A stretch of 64,000 nt of DNA, taken from positions 1,088,001-1,152,000 of the forward strand of contig CBDHDG010000007.1 in the NCBI GenBank assembly GCA_965261595.1, given 5' to 3'. Position numbers and translations under genes: made by a program. Positions 48,074-57,282 of this stretch are shown piece by piece (position 1 is the stretch's first letter; the number at the start of each line of letters is the position of its first letter). The stretch is from a bacterium (lineage in GTDB: Bacteria; UBA8248; JACPRG01; G963555815). A model generated the notes under the pieces. The model was not told the origin of the DNA. It saw nothing but the letters and a program-made list of their open reading frames with translations, and ran no database searches.

Positions 48074-49224
48074 GAAACCTCAATGCCGAAAATCGGCTCG
48101 GGGCCGCCGGCGTAGTGGCCGAGGTAGGTGAGGACGGCCCACAGGAGGATGATCCCCAGGGCCATCCCCGTCGCCCATTTGCGCCGAAGCGGGCTTCGGT
48201 CCTCCGAGCGGTCGAGGAAAGGGACGAGCAGGATCAGCAGCAGGGGCAGCCCCTGTAGGATCACAGCCAGTTGGAGATAAGAAAACCCGGGAAAGACCTC
48301 ACCGGCCGGGAAGTATTTCAGGCTCTGGTAGAAGGCCAGGAACGGCCATTCGGGCTTCACATGATCGGGCGTCGAGACCGGGTCCGCCGGCGCGCCCAGC
48401 GGCGCCGGGTTCCAGGCGGTCCACAGGAGAAGAAGGGCGACCGCCAGAACCCCCGCCAGGATCTCCCTTCGCATGAAGTGTGCATAGGGCGTCCGTCCGG
48501 AGGAGGCGCCGGCGTCCCTCCGCCTCGGGAGCGGGTCGGCCGCGCCGATCCGGTAGATGAGGGCAACGTGGACGGCGACCCCGAGGACCATCGCCGCCGG
48601 CAGGACGACGACGTGAAGGGCGAAGAAGCGGGTGAGCGTCGCCGCCCCCACCAGCTTGCCCCCTTTCATCAGGCCGGCGATGAAATCCCCGATCACCGGG
48701 ACCTGGTGAGCCATTTGGGCCCCGACCGTCGTCCCCCAAAACGCCTTCTGATCCCAGGGCAGCAGGTATCCCGTGAAGGCCAGGCCGAAGAGGGTCGCGA
48801 GCGGGAAAAAGCCCGCCACCCAGGTCGCCTCGCGGGGCCGTTTGAACGCGCCGGTGAAAAACACCCGGCCCATGTGGAGGAACGCCGCGATGATCATGGC
48901 CTCGCCCGACCACCGGTGCAGGCTCCGGACCGCCCAGCCCCAGGTCACACCGTTCATCAGGAGCCTCACGCTTTCGTGGGCCCGCTCGGGCGTCGGCTGG
49001 TAATAGAAGAGTAGAAGCACGCCGGTGACGGCCTGGACGCCGAGAAGGGCGAGGAGCACCGCCCCCAAGGTGTGATAGGCGCGAAGTCCTTGCGGAACGG
49101 TGTGGCGATGAAGCAGCGCGCGGAGCGCTCCAGCCCATGACCGGATTTCTCCGAACGAGGTCTGGCCGGATTTCAAGGGTTCTTCGGGATGGACCCGCGC
49201 CGCCGTGTCATTCCCAGGATTCAT
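48070..49224 (-). CDS. Cytochrome b of a Rieske/b complex
   Basis: Four heme His, TGYLLPWDQ and KPEWPF. Confidence 0.92.
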   Translation of the reverse strand: MNPGNDTAARVHPEEPLKSGQTSFGEIRSWAGALRALLHRHTVPQGLRAYHTLGAVLLALLGVQAVTGVLLLFYYQPTPERAHESVRLLMNGVTWGWAVRSLHRWSGEAMIIAAFLHMGRVFFTGAFKRPREATWVAGFFPLATLFGLAFTGYLLPWDQKAFWGTTVGAQMAHQVPVIGDFIAGLMKGGKLVGAATLTRFFALHVVVLPAAMVLGVAVHVALIYRIGAADPLPRRRDAGASSGRTPYAHFMRREILAGVLAVALLLLWTAWNPAPLGAPADPVSTPDHVKPEWPFLAFYQSLKYFPAGEVFPGFSYLQLAVILQGLPLLLILLVPFLDRSEDRSPLRRKWATGMALGIILLWAVLTYLGHYAGGPEPIFGIEVS

Positions 49225-49700
49225 AGGATGAAGACCTGTCCGTTCCGCTCGCGGACTTCCAATCTCTCCAAAGGTCTCGGCGGCGGACCGGAAACCACTT
49301 TGCCCTCGGAATCGAAGGCCCCTCCATGGCAGGGGCAGGCGAAATGGCCGGCGATCTTTTTTTGCGAAGTCGTCTTCCGGGCCTCATCCGGCCTCCACCG
49401 TACAACGCAGCCGAGGTGGGTGCAGACGAGGGAGAAGGCGCGGTACCCGCTCTCGGTCTTCAGGAGCAGGGCCGGCTCGCCGGCGATGCGAACGCTCGCG
49501 GACCCGCCGGGGGGGAGTGATTCGGCGCCGGGGACGCGCGCGGGAGAGCGCAGCCGTCGGCGAAGGCCCGGGGGATAGAGGTAGGCCAGCGCCCCCCAAG
49601 CGCCCAGGGGCCCCGCGGCGGCCAAGAGGGAGGTTTGCACCCAGTGAAAGAACCCTCTTCGGGAGTTATTGTCAAATATTGTGGACGGGCGCATGATCAT
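49221..49700 (-). CDS. Rieske 2Fe-2S protein with IS-derived N-terminus (native start at 51119 is separated)
   Basis: CTHLGC and CPCHG boxes; RRGFF Tat motif; GPPPRPL. Confidence 0.85.
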   Translation of the reverse strand: MIMRPSTIFDNNSRRGFFHWVQTSLLAAAGPLGAWGALAYLYPPGLRRRLRSPARVPGAESLPPGGSASVRIAGEPALLLKTESGYRAFSLVCTHLGCVVRWRPDEARKTTSQKKIAGHFACPCHGGAFDSEGKVVSGPPPRPLERLEVRERNGQVFIL

Positions 49701-51084
49701 GCGGCGTCCTTCCGCTCTTGTTGATTGATGTGCTCCGCCTGAACCCCATCGATGAACTTCACTCCGGCGCGGACAAGGGGCAGGAGTTTTGGTCCGTTGA
49801 TTCGCCGCCATCTCTGCTGCGCCATCTCGAGCAGCTTGAAGGCCATCATCAAGCCTTTCGTCCTGGAGCCGGCTCCTTTGGTCACCCGCTAGCGCAGGCG
49901 CACCGTCGCCAGGGGGGACTCGATCACGTTTGTGGTGCGAAGGTGCACCCAGTGCTCGGCCGGCAAGTCGAAGTCGGTCAGCAGCTTGTCCTCATCGCGG
50001 CGAAGCGAGGCCACCGCCTTGGGGTACTTGGCGCGCTAGTCCTGCTCGAAGCGCTCGATCCCCTCGACCGCCTGTGCGCGCGTGTCAGCCTGCATGATCT
50101 CGTGCAGGGCGCGCTTGGCCTTGGGTTGCAGGCGCTTGGGCAGCTTGTCGAGCACGTTGGCCAACCGGTGGACCCAGCAGCGCTGCTCGCGCGTCTCGGG
50201 CCACACCTGCCCGACCGCCGCCCAAAAGCCCAGCGCGCCGTCGCCCACCGCCACCACAGGCGCCCGCATCCCGCGCCGTTTGAGATCGCGAAGCACCGAC
50301 GCCCAGCTCTCCTGGCTCTCACGGTAGCCGTCCTCAACAGCGAGGAGCTCCTTGGTCCCGTCGGGACGAACCCCAATCATGACAAGGGTGCACAGGCGAT
50401 CCTCTTCCAAACGGATACGGAAGTGGACCCCGTCCACCCAGACGTAGACGTAGTCGAGCTCGCTCAGGTCTCGCCTTTGAAATTCCGCATGCTCCCGCTC
50501 CCAATCGGCCGTCAGCCGCGTGATCGTCGAAGGCGACAGGCCCGACGCATCTTCTCCCAACAGAACGGGCAACGCTTCGCGGAAATCGCCCGTGGAGAGA
50601 CCCCGCAGGTAGAGCACCGGCAACACCTCGGACACCTTGGGCGAGCGCCGCATGTAGGGCGGAAGAATCCGGCTCGTAAAACGCTGCTTGCGGCCCAACG
50701 CATCCACGCGTCGATCGTTGACCCGCGGGGCGTGAATCTCCACGGTGCCCGCACCCAGGGTGATCTTCCGCGGCCGGGCCTTGCCGTTTCTCACCACCAG
50801 CGCTCTGTCCCCTTCGTCCCGCTCGTGCCGATGGTCCTCGACGTAGGAAGCCGCTTCCGCCTCCATCGCCACGGCCAGCATCCGCCGGGCGCCCTCGCGT
50901 GCTATCTCGTCCAGCATCCGTCCCGGCTCTTCGCACTTCCCATCTGCCGTGCTTTCGATTACCTTGAACATGGGTGGCGTCTCCTTCCCCCTGGCTCCAA
51001 CCAGGAACGTGTGGGTTGTCCTCCGACACGGAAGGTTACGCCGCCTTTTTCATGCCCTCAATCCACAACTTTCGGTAATAACTC
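49663..51084 (-). mobile_element. IS256-family element inserted in the Rieske gene
   Basis: TIRs GAGTTATTGTCAAATATTGTGGA / TCCACAACTTTCGGTAATAACTC; 6-bp direct repeat CTTCGG at 49657-49662 and 51085-51090. Confidence 0.9.
49697..50971 (-). pseudogene. IS256-family transposase with two in-frame TAG stops
   Basis: GLSTGDF, WVDG, VGDG and QRCWVH; TAG at 50036-50038 and 49889-49891. Confidence 0.9.
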
Positions 51085-51397
51085 CTTCGGCCAACGGAAA
51101 AATATTCTGCTGAATTCATGAAAGCCTTACAATTTGTCGAAAACTGAGCTAAGATAGATTATCGGATTCGATCCTATTCTACCAGAGAGATTGCATGCAT
51201 TGCGCAGCGAAGTTTTTTCCGGGCCTCAGGGAATAGAATCGATTTCCGTTTGTTTTATTGAAGGGTTTTTGTGCCTACCCTGAGATCAACCCAATCTCGG
51301 TTTCCGAGAGATTCGGAAATTCCGTTAGGGTAAAGGGATCTTTTTTGGGGGGCGAAGGGGTTCATCAAACGGAATTGCATGGGGAGGGAGAGAGTCC

Positions 51398-51814
51398 ATG
51401 AAAAAGATTTTCGCGGTTACCCTGGTTCTGGCATTCGCCGTCACGGCCGTCTTCGCGGGGCCGGTGTCAGCCCAGCGAAAACACGCATCAAAAGCGGTGT
51501 GGAGGGGCATGCTCGCGGGCCTGGGCGACGTTCAGGGGATCATTGGCGCCCTGGCCGTCTTCGATATGAAGCGGGTCAGCATGATTGCGGATACCTTGGC
51601 GAAAAGGGAGAAATTCGTCTCCGGCATCATGAGGCTCCCAGCGAAGACCAGAGAGACGCACGGAAAGATCGCCGTCCTGGCCGCAGCACTCTCCGCCGAC
51701 GCGAAAGCGGGGAATGAGCAAGCCATCGGGAAGAAGATCGGAGAGATTCTCTCGCTTTGCAGCGAGTGCCATTACCATTCGCGTGACAAATCTCGCCGGG
51801 GGAAGATGAAGTAA
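51398..51814 (+). CDS. Cytochrome c'-like (class II) monoheme protein
   Basis: Signal peptide, helical, C-terminal CSECH. Confidence 0.75.
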   Translation: MKKIFAVTLVLAFAVTAVFAGPVSAQRKHASKAVWRGMLAGLGDVQGIIGALAVFDMKRVSMIADTLAKREKFVSGIMRLPAKTRETHGKIAVLAAALSADAKAGNEQAIGKKIGEILSLCSECHYHSRDKSRRGKMK

Positions 51815-51876
51815 TAAACGCGAACCCGGTGGAACTTGTGGGGCCACGCCCCGTCCATCGATGGCGCTTCGAACAA

Positions 51877-51922
51877 GGGCTTGCGGGTCTCTCAAGAGGG
51901 GGAGCTGCAAGCCCGTTTTTTT
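51877..51922 (+). terminator. Rho-independent terminator
   Basis: GGGCTTGC...GCAAGCCC stem followed by T7. Confidence 0.6.
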
Positions 51923-51995
51923 GTCCCAAGAAAGAGCGGGCCAGGAAAACACGGGAAAACTACGCCAAACCACTCGCCCTCGCGGATCGGAATTT

Positions 51996-52523
51996 TCAGT
52001 CCCTCGCCAGACCCACCATGTCCTCGGCGTCGCCGCCATCGGGGAACGGCCCCTGCTTGAGCTCGATGAGCTTCGTGTCCTCCTCCAGAAACTCGATGGA
52101 GTGGCCCTCCAGGAGCAGGATGAAATCGAAGGGTTTTAAATCGGCGTCGCCCAGATGGTCCCCCTCGCGGGTGTAAACGCCGATCCGCCCCAGCCCCCGC
52201 TGGCACATCATGAGCTGGAACTTGCTCGACCCGGGAAGCGGCGACGAGACCTTGTGGTAGTGCGGCTTGACCTTGGAGCCCACCTCCCGGTTGAGGAGGA
52301 CAATCTGGAGGGGCAGCTCGTTGTCCGTGACGTGGGCCTTGGTGTAGGTGTCCATGTCGATCTTGGACAGGTCGTAATGGCGGGCCATATGAGCCCGGTC
52401 TTCTTCGGCGTCGATCTTTGGCGGAAATTGGGAGTACTCTTCCAGATCCCCCCGGACGAGAACCGCCACGGTCCTGCCGTCTTTCGCTTTGAAGTATTTT
52501 AGTTTGTCCGATTCGACCTGCAC
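51996..52523 (-). CDS. Cupin-fold protein (WbuC-like)
   Basis: VKPHYH, GHSIEFLE and IELKQGP. Confidence 0.65.
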   Translation of the reverse strand: MQVESDKLKYFKAKDGRTVAVLVRGDLEEYSQFPPKIDAEEDRAHMARHYDLSKIDMDTYTKAHVTDNELPLQIVLLNREVGSKVKPHYHKVSSPLPGSSKFQLMMCQRGLGRIGVYTREGDHLGDADLKPFDFILLLEGHSIEFLEEDTKLIELKQGPFPDGGDAEDMVGLARD

Positions 52524-52795
52524 GCTGGGCCTCCCTGTGGGTGGGGCCAGTCTCCGGCTTCAAACGATATATGAGAGCCATTATACGGGGGGCGGCTCAA
52601 GATGTCAGGGGGAGTTGATCTCCGCTCCGGAATCGACCATCCTCTAGGGCGAGACCGGCGCTGAGGGCTGGGGCGCGCGAATCGAAACGACCGCGGACAT
52701 CTGTCCCCCCCCCGCGCGCGTCTTGATTTTCACGGCGTCCCGCTCATTTCCATCCCGAATTCTCACCCCCCTTCCCCCCCCGCTGAAAGGCCGTC

Positions 52796-53395
52796 ATGGA
52801 ACTGAACGACATCATCACCGTCAATTGGATGTACGAGAAATTTTATCCCTACGTCGCCCGTCAGATCCTGGACGAATACGGCCGGACCACCGGCCGGGCG
52901 CTCGAAATGGGGGCTTACGCGCCCGGCATCTCCGCCGCGCTTCTGGCCCTCGCCCCGGACATCGAGATCACCGTCGCCGACAACACGCCGGGCCTCAAAG
53001 CCCATTTCGAGGATTACCTGAGCCGGGCGGGGGCGCTGGAGAAGGTCCGGATAGAGGAGGGCGACGTCGAGGCCCTGAATTATCTGGACGCGACCTTTGA
53101 TTTGGTTTATTTCCGGGGCGCGCTCTTTTTCATCTGGGACCCGGTCAAGCTCCTCCGCGAGGCCGACCGTGTTCTCAAACCGGGGGGCGTGGCGCTCATC
53201 GGAGGCGGGTTCGGCGCGGGGGCGCCCAATGAGGAGATCGACAAGGTTGCCGCCGAAGCCCGAGAACTGAACCGCAAGCTCGGCAAGCGCGTGGTGAGCC
53301 ACGAGGAGGCGGAAGCCTGCGCCCGGGAGGCCGGTGTGTGGGAGCGCTCCCGCCTCGATAAAAGACACGGGCTGTGGGTGGTGATCAAGAAATGA
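52796..53395 (+). CDS. Class I SAM-dependent methyltransferase
   Basis: LEMGAYAPG, GDVEAL, FDLV and RVLKPGG. Confidence 0.85.
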   Translation: MELNDIITVNWMYEKFYPYVARQILDEYGRTTGRALEMGAYAPGISAALLALAPDIEITVADNTPGLKAHFEDYLSRAGALEKVRIEEGDVEALNYLDATFDLVYFRGALFFIWDPVKLLREADRVLKPGGVALIGGGFGAGAPNEEIDKVAAEARELNRKLGKRVVSHEEAEACAREAGVWERSRLDKRHGLWVVIKK

Positions 53396-53549
53396 GGCGA
53401 CAAAATCCCAGGGGGGGGCACTTGCGTGCCGGCCAAGCTGCGGGTGAAGGTGTTTGTGCTTACCGCAACCGGGTCGGCGCATGTTGCCTCGATAAGCGAC
53501 ACGGGCTATGGGTGGTGATCAAGAAATGAGATGACAAAATCCCAGGGGG
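53352..53549 (+). repeat. 64-bp direct repeat (53352-53415 / 53486-53549) around a hairpin element
   Basis: Five mismatches in 64; includes the methyltransferase stop codon. Confidence 0.9.
53416..53481 (+). repeat. 66-bp structured element, copy 1
   Basis: 61/66 identical to the reverse complement of 54640-54705. Confidence 0.9.
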
Positions 53550-53693
53550 CTTTTTTAAAAAACCGCCCCCTGGACCCCTGAAAAATTTTCATTTAGCGAA
53601 AACGTGCGGCGCCGAAGGTGCCGCACGTTTTCGCGAGACAAAAGTTTTCGAGGGGGGGTTGGGGGGACTGTTTTCAAAATATCCCCCCAAGGT
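53541..53693. repeat. Complete REPIN/MITE-like nested palindrome
   Basis: Two inverted G5-C5 hairpin arms around GCGAAAACGTGCGGC/GCCGCACGTTTTCGC. Confidence 0.85.
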
Positions 53694-53702
53694 TCTCAGC
53701 CT

Positions 53703-54551
53703 CTAAAGCGGAAGGTGGGTGATTCGGTAGAGGTTCCGGCTCATGAGCTCGCCGACCAGGACCGTGATGATGGCGATGTAGAAAAACCCCGTGGCCGTCC
53801 TCGTAGCGCGCATCCGCAGGCTGATCGCGATGACCAGGGCGACAATGAACGTCCCGGCCAGCCCGACCAGAATCCGTCCCCAGAACTCCAAACCCCACCG
53901 GGTCAGAAAGACATTCTCGCCCCACACGATCCGGATCTGCTCCGGCGTAAACTCTTTGAGGACCAACGTCAGGAGCACGGCCCCCTGGGCCAGCAGGACC
54001 GCCAGGAGCAGCCACGTAAACCGCCAAAGCGGGTCAAGCGGCAGGTCCGATTTGACCAGGTAGTAGTGGCCGAGCAGCATCCCCGTAAAAACCGTTCCGA
54101 GCGCCAGGGTGGAAAGGAGGAAGTTGACCGGGAGGAGCCTCGCCTGAAAGACGGTCATGCCGGCCTCGCGCACGGCGATTGAATCGCTGATGACCGAGAA
54201 AATCCCGACAAGCGCCGCGACGCCCAGGACGAACTTCGTAACGCCTTCCCGCGAGCGGTAAAGGGATATCAGATACGCAAGGGTCAGGATCACGAACCCG
54301 CTCATCGCGCCGAACGTCCGTCCCTTCCAAGTGGACCAAAGCGGCGTCCCGAGCAGAGAGAGAATCCCGTCATACCCGGCCGGCCGGGGGGCGATCCACC
54401 AATGGATCAACACGAGAACGGCGAAGACCCAGGCGCATGTTTTGAAGAACCCCCTGCCCAGGACCTGGAAGGGGATGAGCGCGAGCAACCCCACGCTCCC
54501 CACAAGGAACTGGCCGAAGGTGATGGCAAACATCTCGCGAATGACTTCCAT
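53703..54551 (-). CDS. Multi-pass membrane protein of unknown function
   Basis: About 8 TM segments; GMLLGHYYL and TATGFFY. Confidence 0.75.
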   Translation of the reverse strand: MEVIREMFAITFGQFLVGSVGLLALIPFQVLGRGFFKTCAWVFAVLVLIHWWIAPRPAGYDGILSLLGTPLWSTWKGRTFGAMSGFVILTLAYLISLYRSREGVTKFVLGVAALVGIFSVISDSIAVREAGMTVFQARLLPVNFLLSTLALGTVFTGMLLGHYYLVKSDLPLDPLWRFTWLLLAVLLAQGAVLLTLVLKEFTPEQIRIVWGENVFLTRWGLEFWGRILVGLAGTFIVALVIAISLRMRATRTATGFFYIAIITVLVGELMSRNLYRITHLPL

Positions 54552-54639
54552 ATCCTACCCACCTTACGGAAAAGTCGCGGGACGCGCGGTGTCGGGTTCC
54601 CCGCACTGGCGTGTTTGGTCGATCACCTCACAGATGGTG

Positions 54640-54705
54640 TGCGCTGACCAGGTTGCGATAAGCACAAACACCCTCATCCGCAGCTTGGCCGGCACGCAAG
54701 TGCCC
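54640..54705 (-). repeat. 66-bp structured element, copy 2
   Basis: Starts 2 nt after the VOC gene stop; inverted relative to copy 1. Confidence 0.9.
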
Positions 54706-54707
54706 TT

Positions 54708-55112
54708 TCAATGGTCCGGGTGTTCGCCTTCCAGGGGTTTCGAGACCTCCAGGACATAGCCGTCCGGGTCGTGGAGGAGAAACATCCGCGTCCCCCAGGG
54801 CATCGACATCGGTTTGCAGACAAAGTCCGCGTCCATTCCTTGTAAGCGTTCGTATTCCGCGTCCACGTCATCGCTTTGCAGCGTGAGGATCGACCCCCAT
54901 CCCCGGTCGCCCGGTTCGGGGTTGAACTTCCATTTTTCAAACTCCTCGCGCGACAGATCTTCGTGCACCACCACGTTGAACCCGCCCACCTGAAACCGGG
55001 TGTCCTGCTCTCCCTCCCGGGCGATGGGGATCCCCATCACGTCCCGATAAAAGCGGACGGAGCGTTTCAGATCCTTGACGAAAAGGAAAATCGTTGAGAT
55101 CCCGGTGATCAT
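54708..55112 (-). CDS. VOC/glyoxalase family protein
   Basis: VKDLKRSVRFYRDVMG and PWG...DPDGYVLE. Confidence 0.9.
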   Translation of the reverse strand: MITGISTIFLFVKDLKRSVRFYRDVMGIPIAREGEQDTRFQVGGFNVVVHEDLSREEFEKWKFNPEPGDRGWGSILTLQSDDVDAEYERLQGMDADFVCKPMSMPWGTRMFLLHDPDGYVLEVSKPLEGEHPDH

Positions 55113-55199
55113 GATTCCGCTCCCTTTCGGAGATTCATCCCTCCCCCCTCTCCCCCCCCTCCCCGGGGCGCCGCATGTTTGGGGGGTTGTCTGAAAAGG

Positions 55200-55946
55200 T
55201 TATGTCGATCCGCTCTTTCTCGCCAGAAACAGGAGATGGCCTTTCCTTGTGATCTCTTTGCCCCCGCCGCGGAGGTGGGCGCGCAGGCCTTCTTCTCTCC
55301 GGGGGCTCCATCGCTTGGGCGCGTCCCCCTCCCCGTCCCCGAGCAGGACCCTCTCGGCCTCTTCCGGGGAGCGGAAGACCAGGACCTCCTCCTCCACCCG
55401 GCCGTGGATGATTTCAAACCCGGCCTTCTCCAGCCCGCGGGTCAACGAATCCTCCGTATAGGCGAATCTCGAAGGGACCCCGGTCTCCTTCCATTGATTC
55501 CTGTGGAGTGCGACCGCCGCGAAATGCGACCCGGGGGCCAGGGCGCGGCCCGCCCGCTCGATCAGGGCGTCGGACATGCACAGGTGCGCGGTCAGGGTGT
55601 CGGGCCGTCCGCCCCAGCGGGCGTCGTCGTATTCCACCGCCTCTACATCGGCGATAACGAACCGCAGGTTGGCGACCCCCTCGGCCTCCGCCCGCGCGGC
55701 CGCCCGCCGAATCGCCTCCGCGTCCCGGTCGAGCCCCGCGACTTCCGCCGCATGGGGCGCCAGGGCGAAAGCGAGCCTTCCGTCCCCGCAGCCCAGGTCG
55801 AGCACCCGCCCGGTTTTCGTGACCGTTTCCAGGAGCCAACGCAGGAAGACGGGGCTGATGTCCGCGTGCCGCATCGGGCTCCGCGGATCCGGGTCGTAAG
55901 AAATTATTCTCGCGTCCCGCTCGAAGCGATCACCGTCCGCGGTCAC
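55200..55946 (-). CDS. Class I SAM-dependent methyltransferase
   Basis: VLDLGCGDG and ALAPG; 4-nt overlap with the HD gene. Confidence 0.85.
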   Translation of the reverse strand: MTADGDRFERDARIISYDPDPRSPMRHADISPVFLRWLLETVTKTGRVLDLGCGDGRLAFALAPHAAEVAGLDRDAEAIRRAAARAEAEGVANLRFVIADVEAVEYDDARWGGRPDTLTAHLCMSDALIERAGRALAPGSHFAAVALHRNQWKETGVPSRFAYTEDSLTRGLEKAGFEIIHGRVEEEVLVFRSPEEAERVLLGDGEGDAPKRWSPRREEGLRAHLRGGGKEITRKGHLLFLARKSGST

Positions 55947-56503
55947 CCGGCGAGGCCCAGGCTCTCGGCTTTCTCTTGCATGGCGTCCAGGACGACCTGG
56001 AGGTGTTCATCCAGGGGGACGCCCAGGTCCGCCGCGGCCTCTTCGATTTGCGCCCGGTCGACGCCCTTGGCGAACGCCTTGTCCTTCCACTTTTTCTTGA
56101 CGGACTTGATCTTCATGTCCGAAATGTCCCGGGTCGGGCGCACCAGGACGCAGGCCGTGATGAGGCCGACCAGCTCGTCGACCGCGAAGAGCGCCTTGGC
56201 CATGTTCGACGTCCGGGGGACGTTCAGGTATTCAGCGTGCCCTTTGATCGCCTCCAGCCCGTCTTCCGGAAACCCTTTTTCCTCCAGGACTTTGACGCCC
56301 ACAAGGGGGTGTTCGTCCAGGGAGGGGTGTTTCTCGTAATCCAGGTCGTGGACAAGGCCGACCACCCCCCAAAACTCCTCGTCCTCTCCGAATTTCCGGG
56401 CGTAGGCCCGCATCGCGGCCTCGACGGCGAGGGCGTGCCTGCGGAGACTCTCGGTTTGCGTCCACTCGTGAAGGAGGCTTTCCGCCTCGATTCGCGTCAT
56501 CAT
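55943..56503 (-). CDS. HD-domain (HDIG-like) hydrolase
   Basis: LRRH, GLVHDLD, AIKGH and AVDEL; 4-nt overlap with cofE. Confidence 0.88.
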   Translation of the reverse strand: MMTRIEAESLLHEWTQTESLRRHALAVEAAMRAYARKFGEDEEFWGVVGLVHDLDYEKHPSLDEHPLVGVKVLEEKGFPEDGLEAIKGHAEYLNVPRTSNMAKALFAVDELVGLITACVLVRPTRDISDMKIKSVKKKWKDKAFAKGVDRAQIEEAAADLGVPLDEHLQVVLDAMQEKAESLGLAG

Positions 56504-57282
56504 CTCTTGCCGCCTCCCCGGAAGAGGTCCTCATCCTTGGGCCGAAAGAGCGCCCGGGCACCCGCGTCGCTTTTTTCAAATTCCACCCCCCGGATCAGGA
56601 CCGCCGGCCGTCCCTCGCCCGCCTGGCCCATCAGCAAAGAGGCCGCCGCCGCCGCTTCATCCGCCTGGGCCACGAGGGTCATCTGGAGCGTTCTGCCGAA
56701 CAGGTCCGCGTCGCCTCGGCGGTCGACGATGGGCTCGATGCCGGCCGCCCCGATGGCCACCCCCGCGACCCCGCGCCGGAACGGCCGCCCATGGGTGTCG
56801 CTGACGATCACCGCCACCTCCGTTGCCGTCTTTTCGCGGATCGCGTCGCGCAGCTTCCGGGCCGAGGCGTCCGCGTCTTCCGGCAGGAGGACGACGATGT
56901 CCTCCCCTTCCGGGCCGCTGAACACGTTGGAGCGGTCCACGCCGGCGTTGGCGCAGACGACGCCCGTGCGATGCTCCGTCACCAGGGCCGCCCGCGAGGC
57001 CAGCACCACTTCGTTGGATTCGCCCAGAATGATCTCGACCAGCCGGGGGTCCCGGTCCGTCGAATCGGCGATGTCCCGGGCCCGAGGCGTCGGCGCCACT
57101 TCGGACAGGACGCGGACCCGCCCTTCGGCCTTGGAGACGATTTTCTGGGCCACCACCAGGATGTCGCCCGGTTGGAATTCCATTCCGCCCGCCCGCGCGG
57201 CCCGGCAGAGGATTCCCGCCAGGTCGTCGCCCGGCTTGATTTCGGGAATGTCGGGCAGCGCCCGGCATTGATAACCGGTCAC
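56500..57282 (-). CDS. cofE: F420-0:gamma-glutamyl ligase
   Basis: QKIVSKAEG, ANAGVDRSN, SDTHGRPFR and ADE. Confidence 0.93.
   Translation of the reverse strand: MTGYQCRALPDIPEIKPGDDLAGILCRAARAGGMEFQPGDILVVAQKIVSKAEGRVRVLSEVAPTPRARDIADSTDRDPRLVEIILGESNEVVLASRAALVTEHRTGVVCANAGVDRSNVFSGPEGEDIVVLLPEDADASARKLRDAIREKTATEVAVIVSDTHGRPFRRGVAGVAIGAAGIEPIVDRRGDADLFGRTLQMTLVAQADEAAAAASLLMGQAGEGRPAVLIRGVEFEKSDAGARALFRPKDEDLFRGGGKR

Noticed and set aside
49701..49811. Long Rieske N-terminus given by the ORF track
   Set aside because: It is an alternate frame of the transposase tail; starts at 49700 or 49694 are more plausible
49889..50038. Amber recoding suggested by two in-frame TAGs in the IS256 transposase
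   Set aside because: The expected residues differ (Tyr and Gln), each is one substitution away, and gcvH and gcvP end normally at TAG
53352..53549. Mini CRISPR array
   Set aside because: Only two 64-bp repeats, derived from coding sequence; no cas genes
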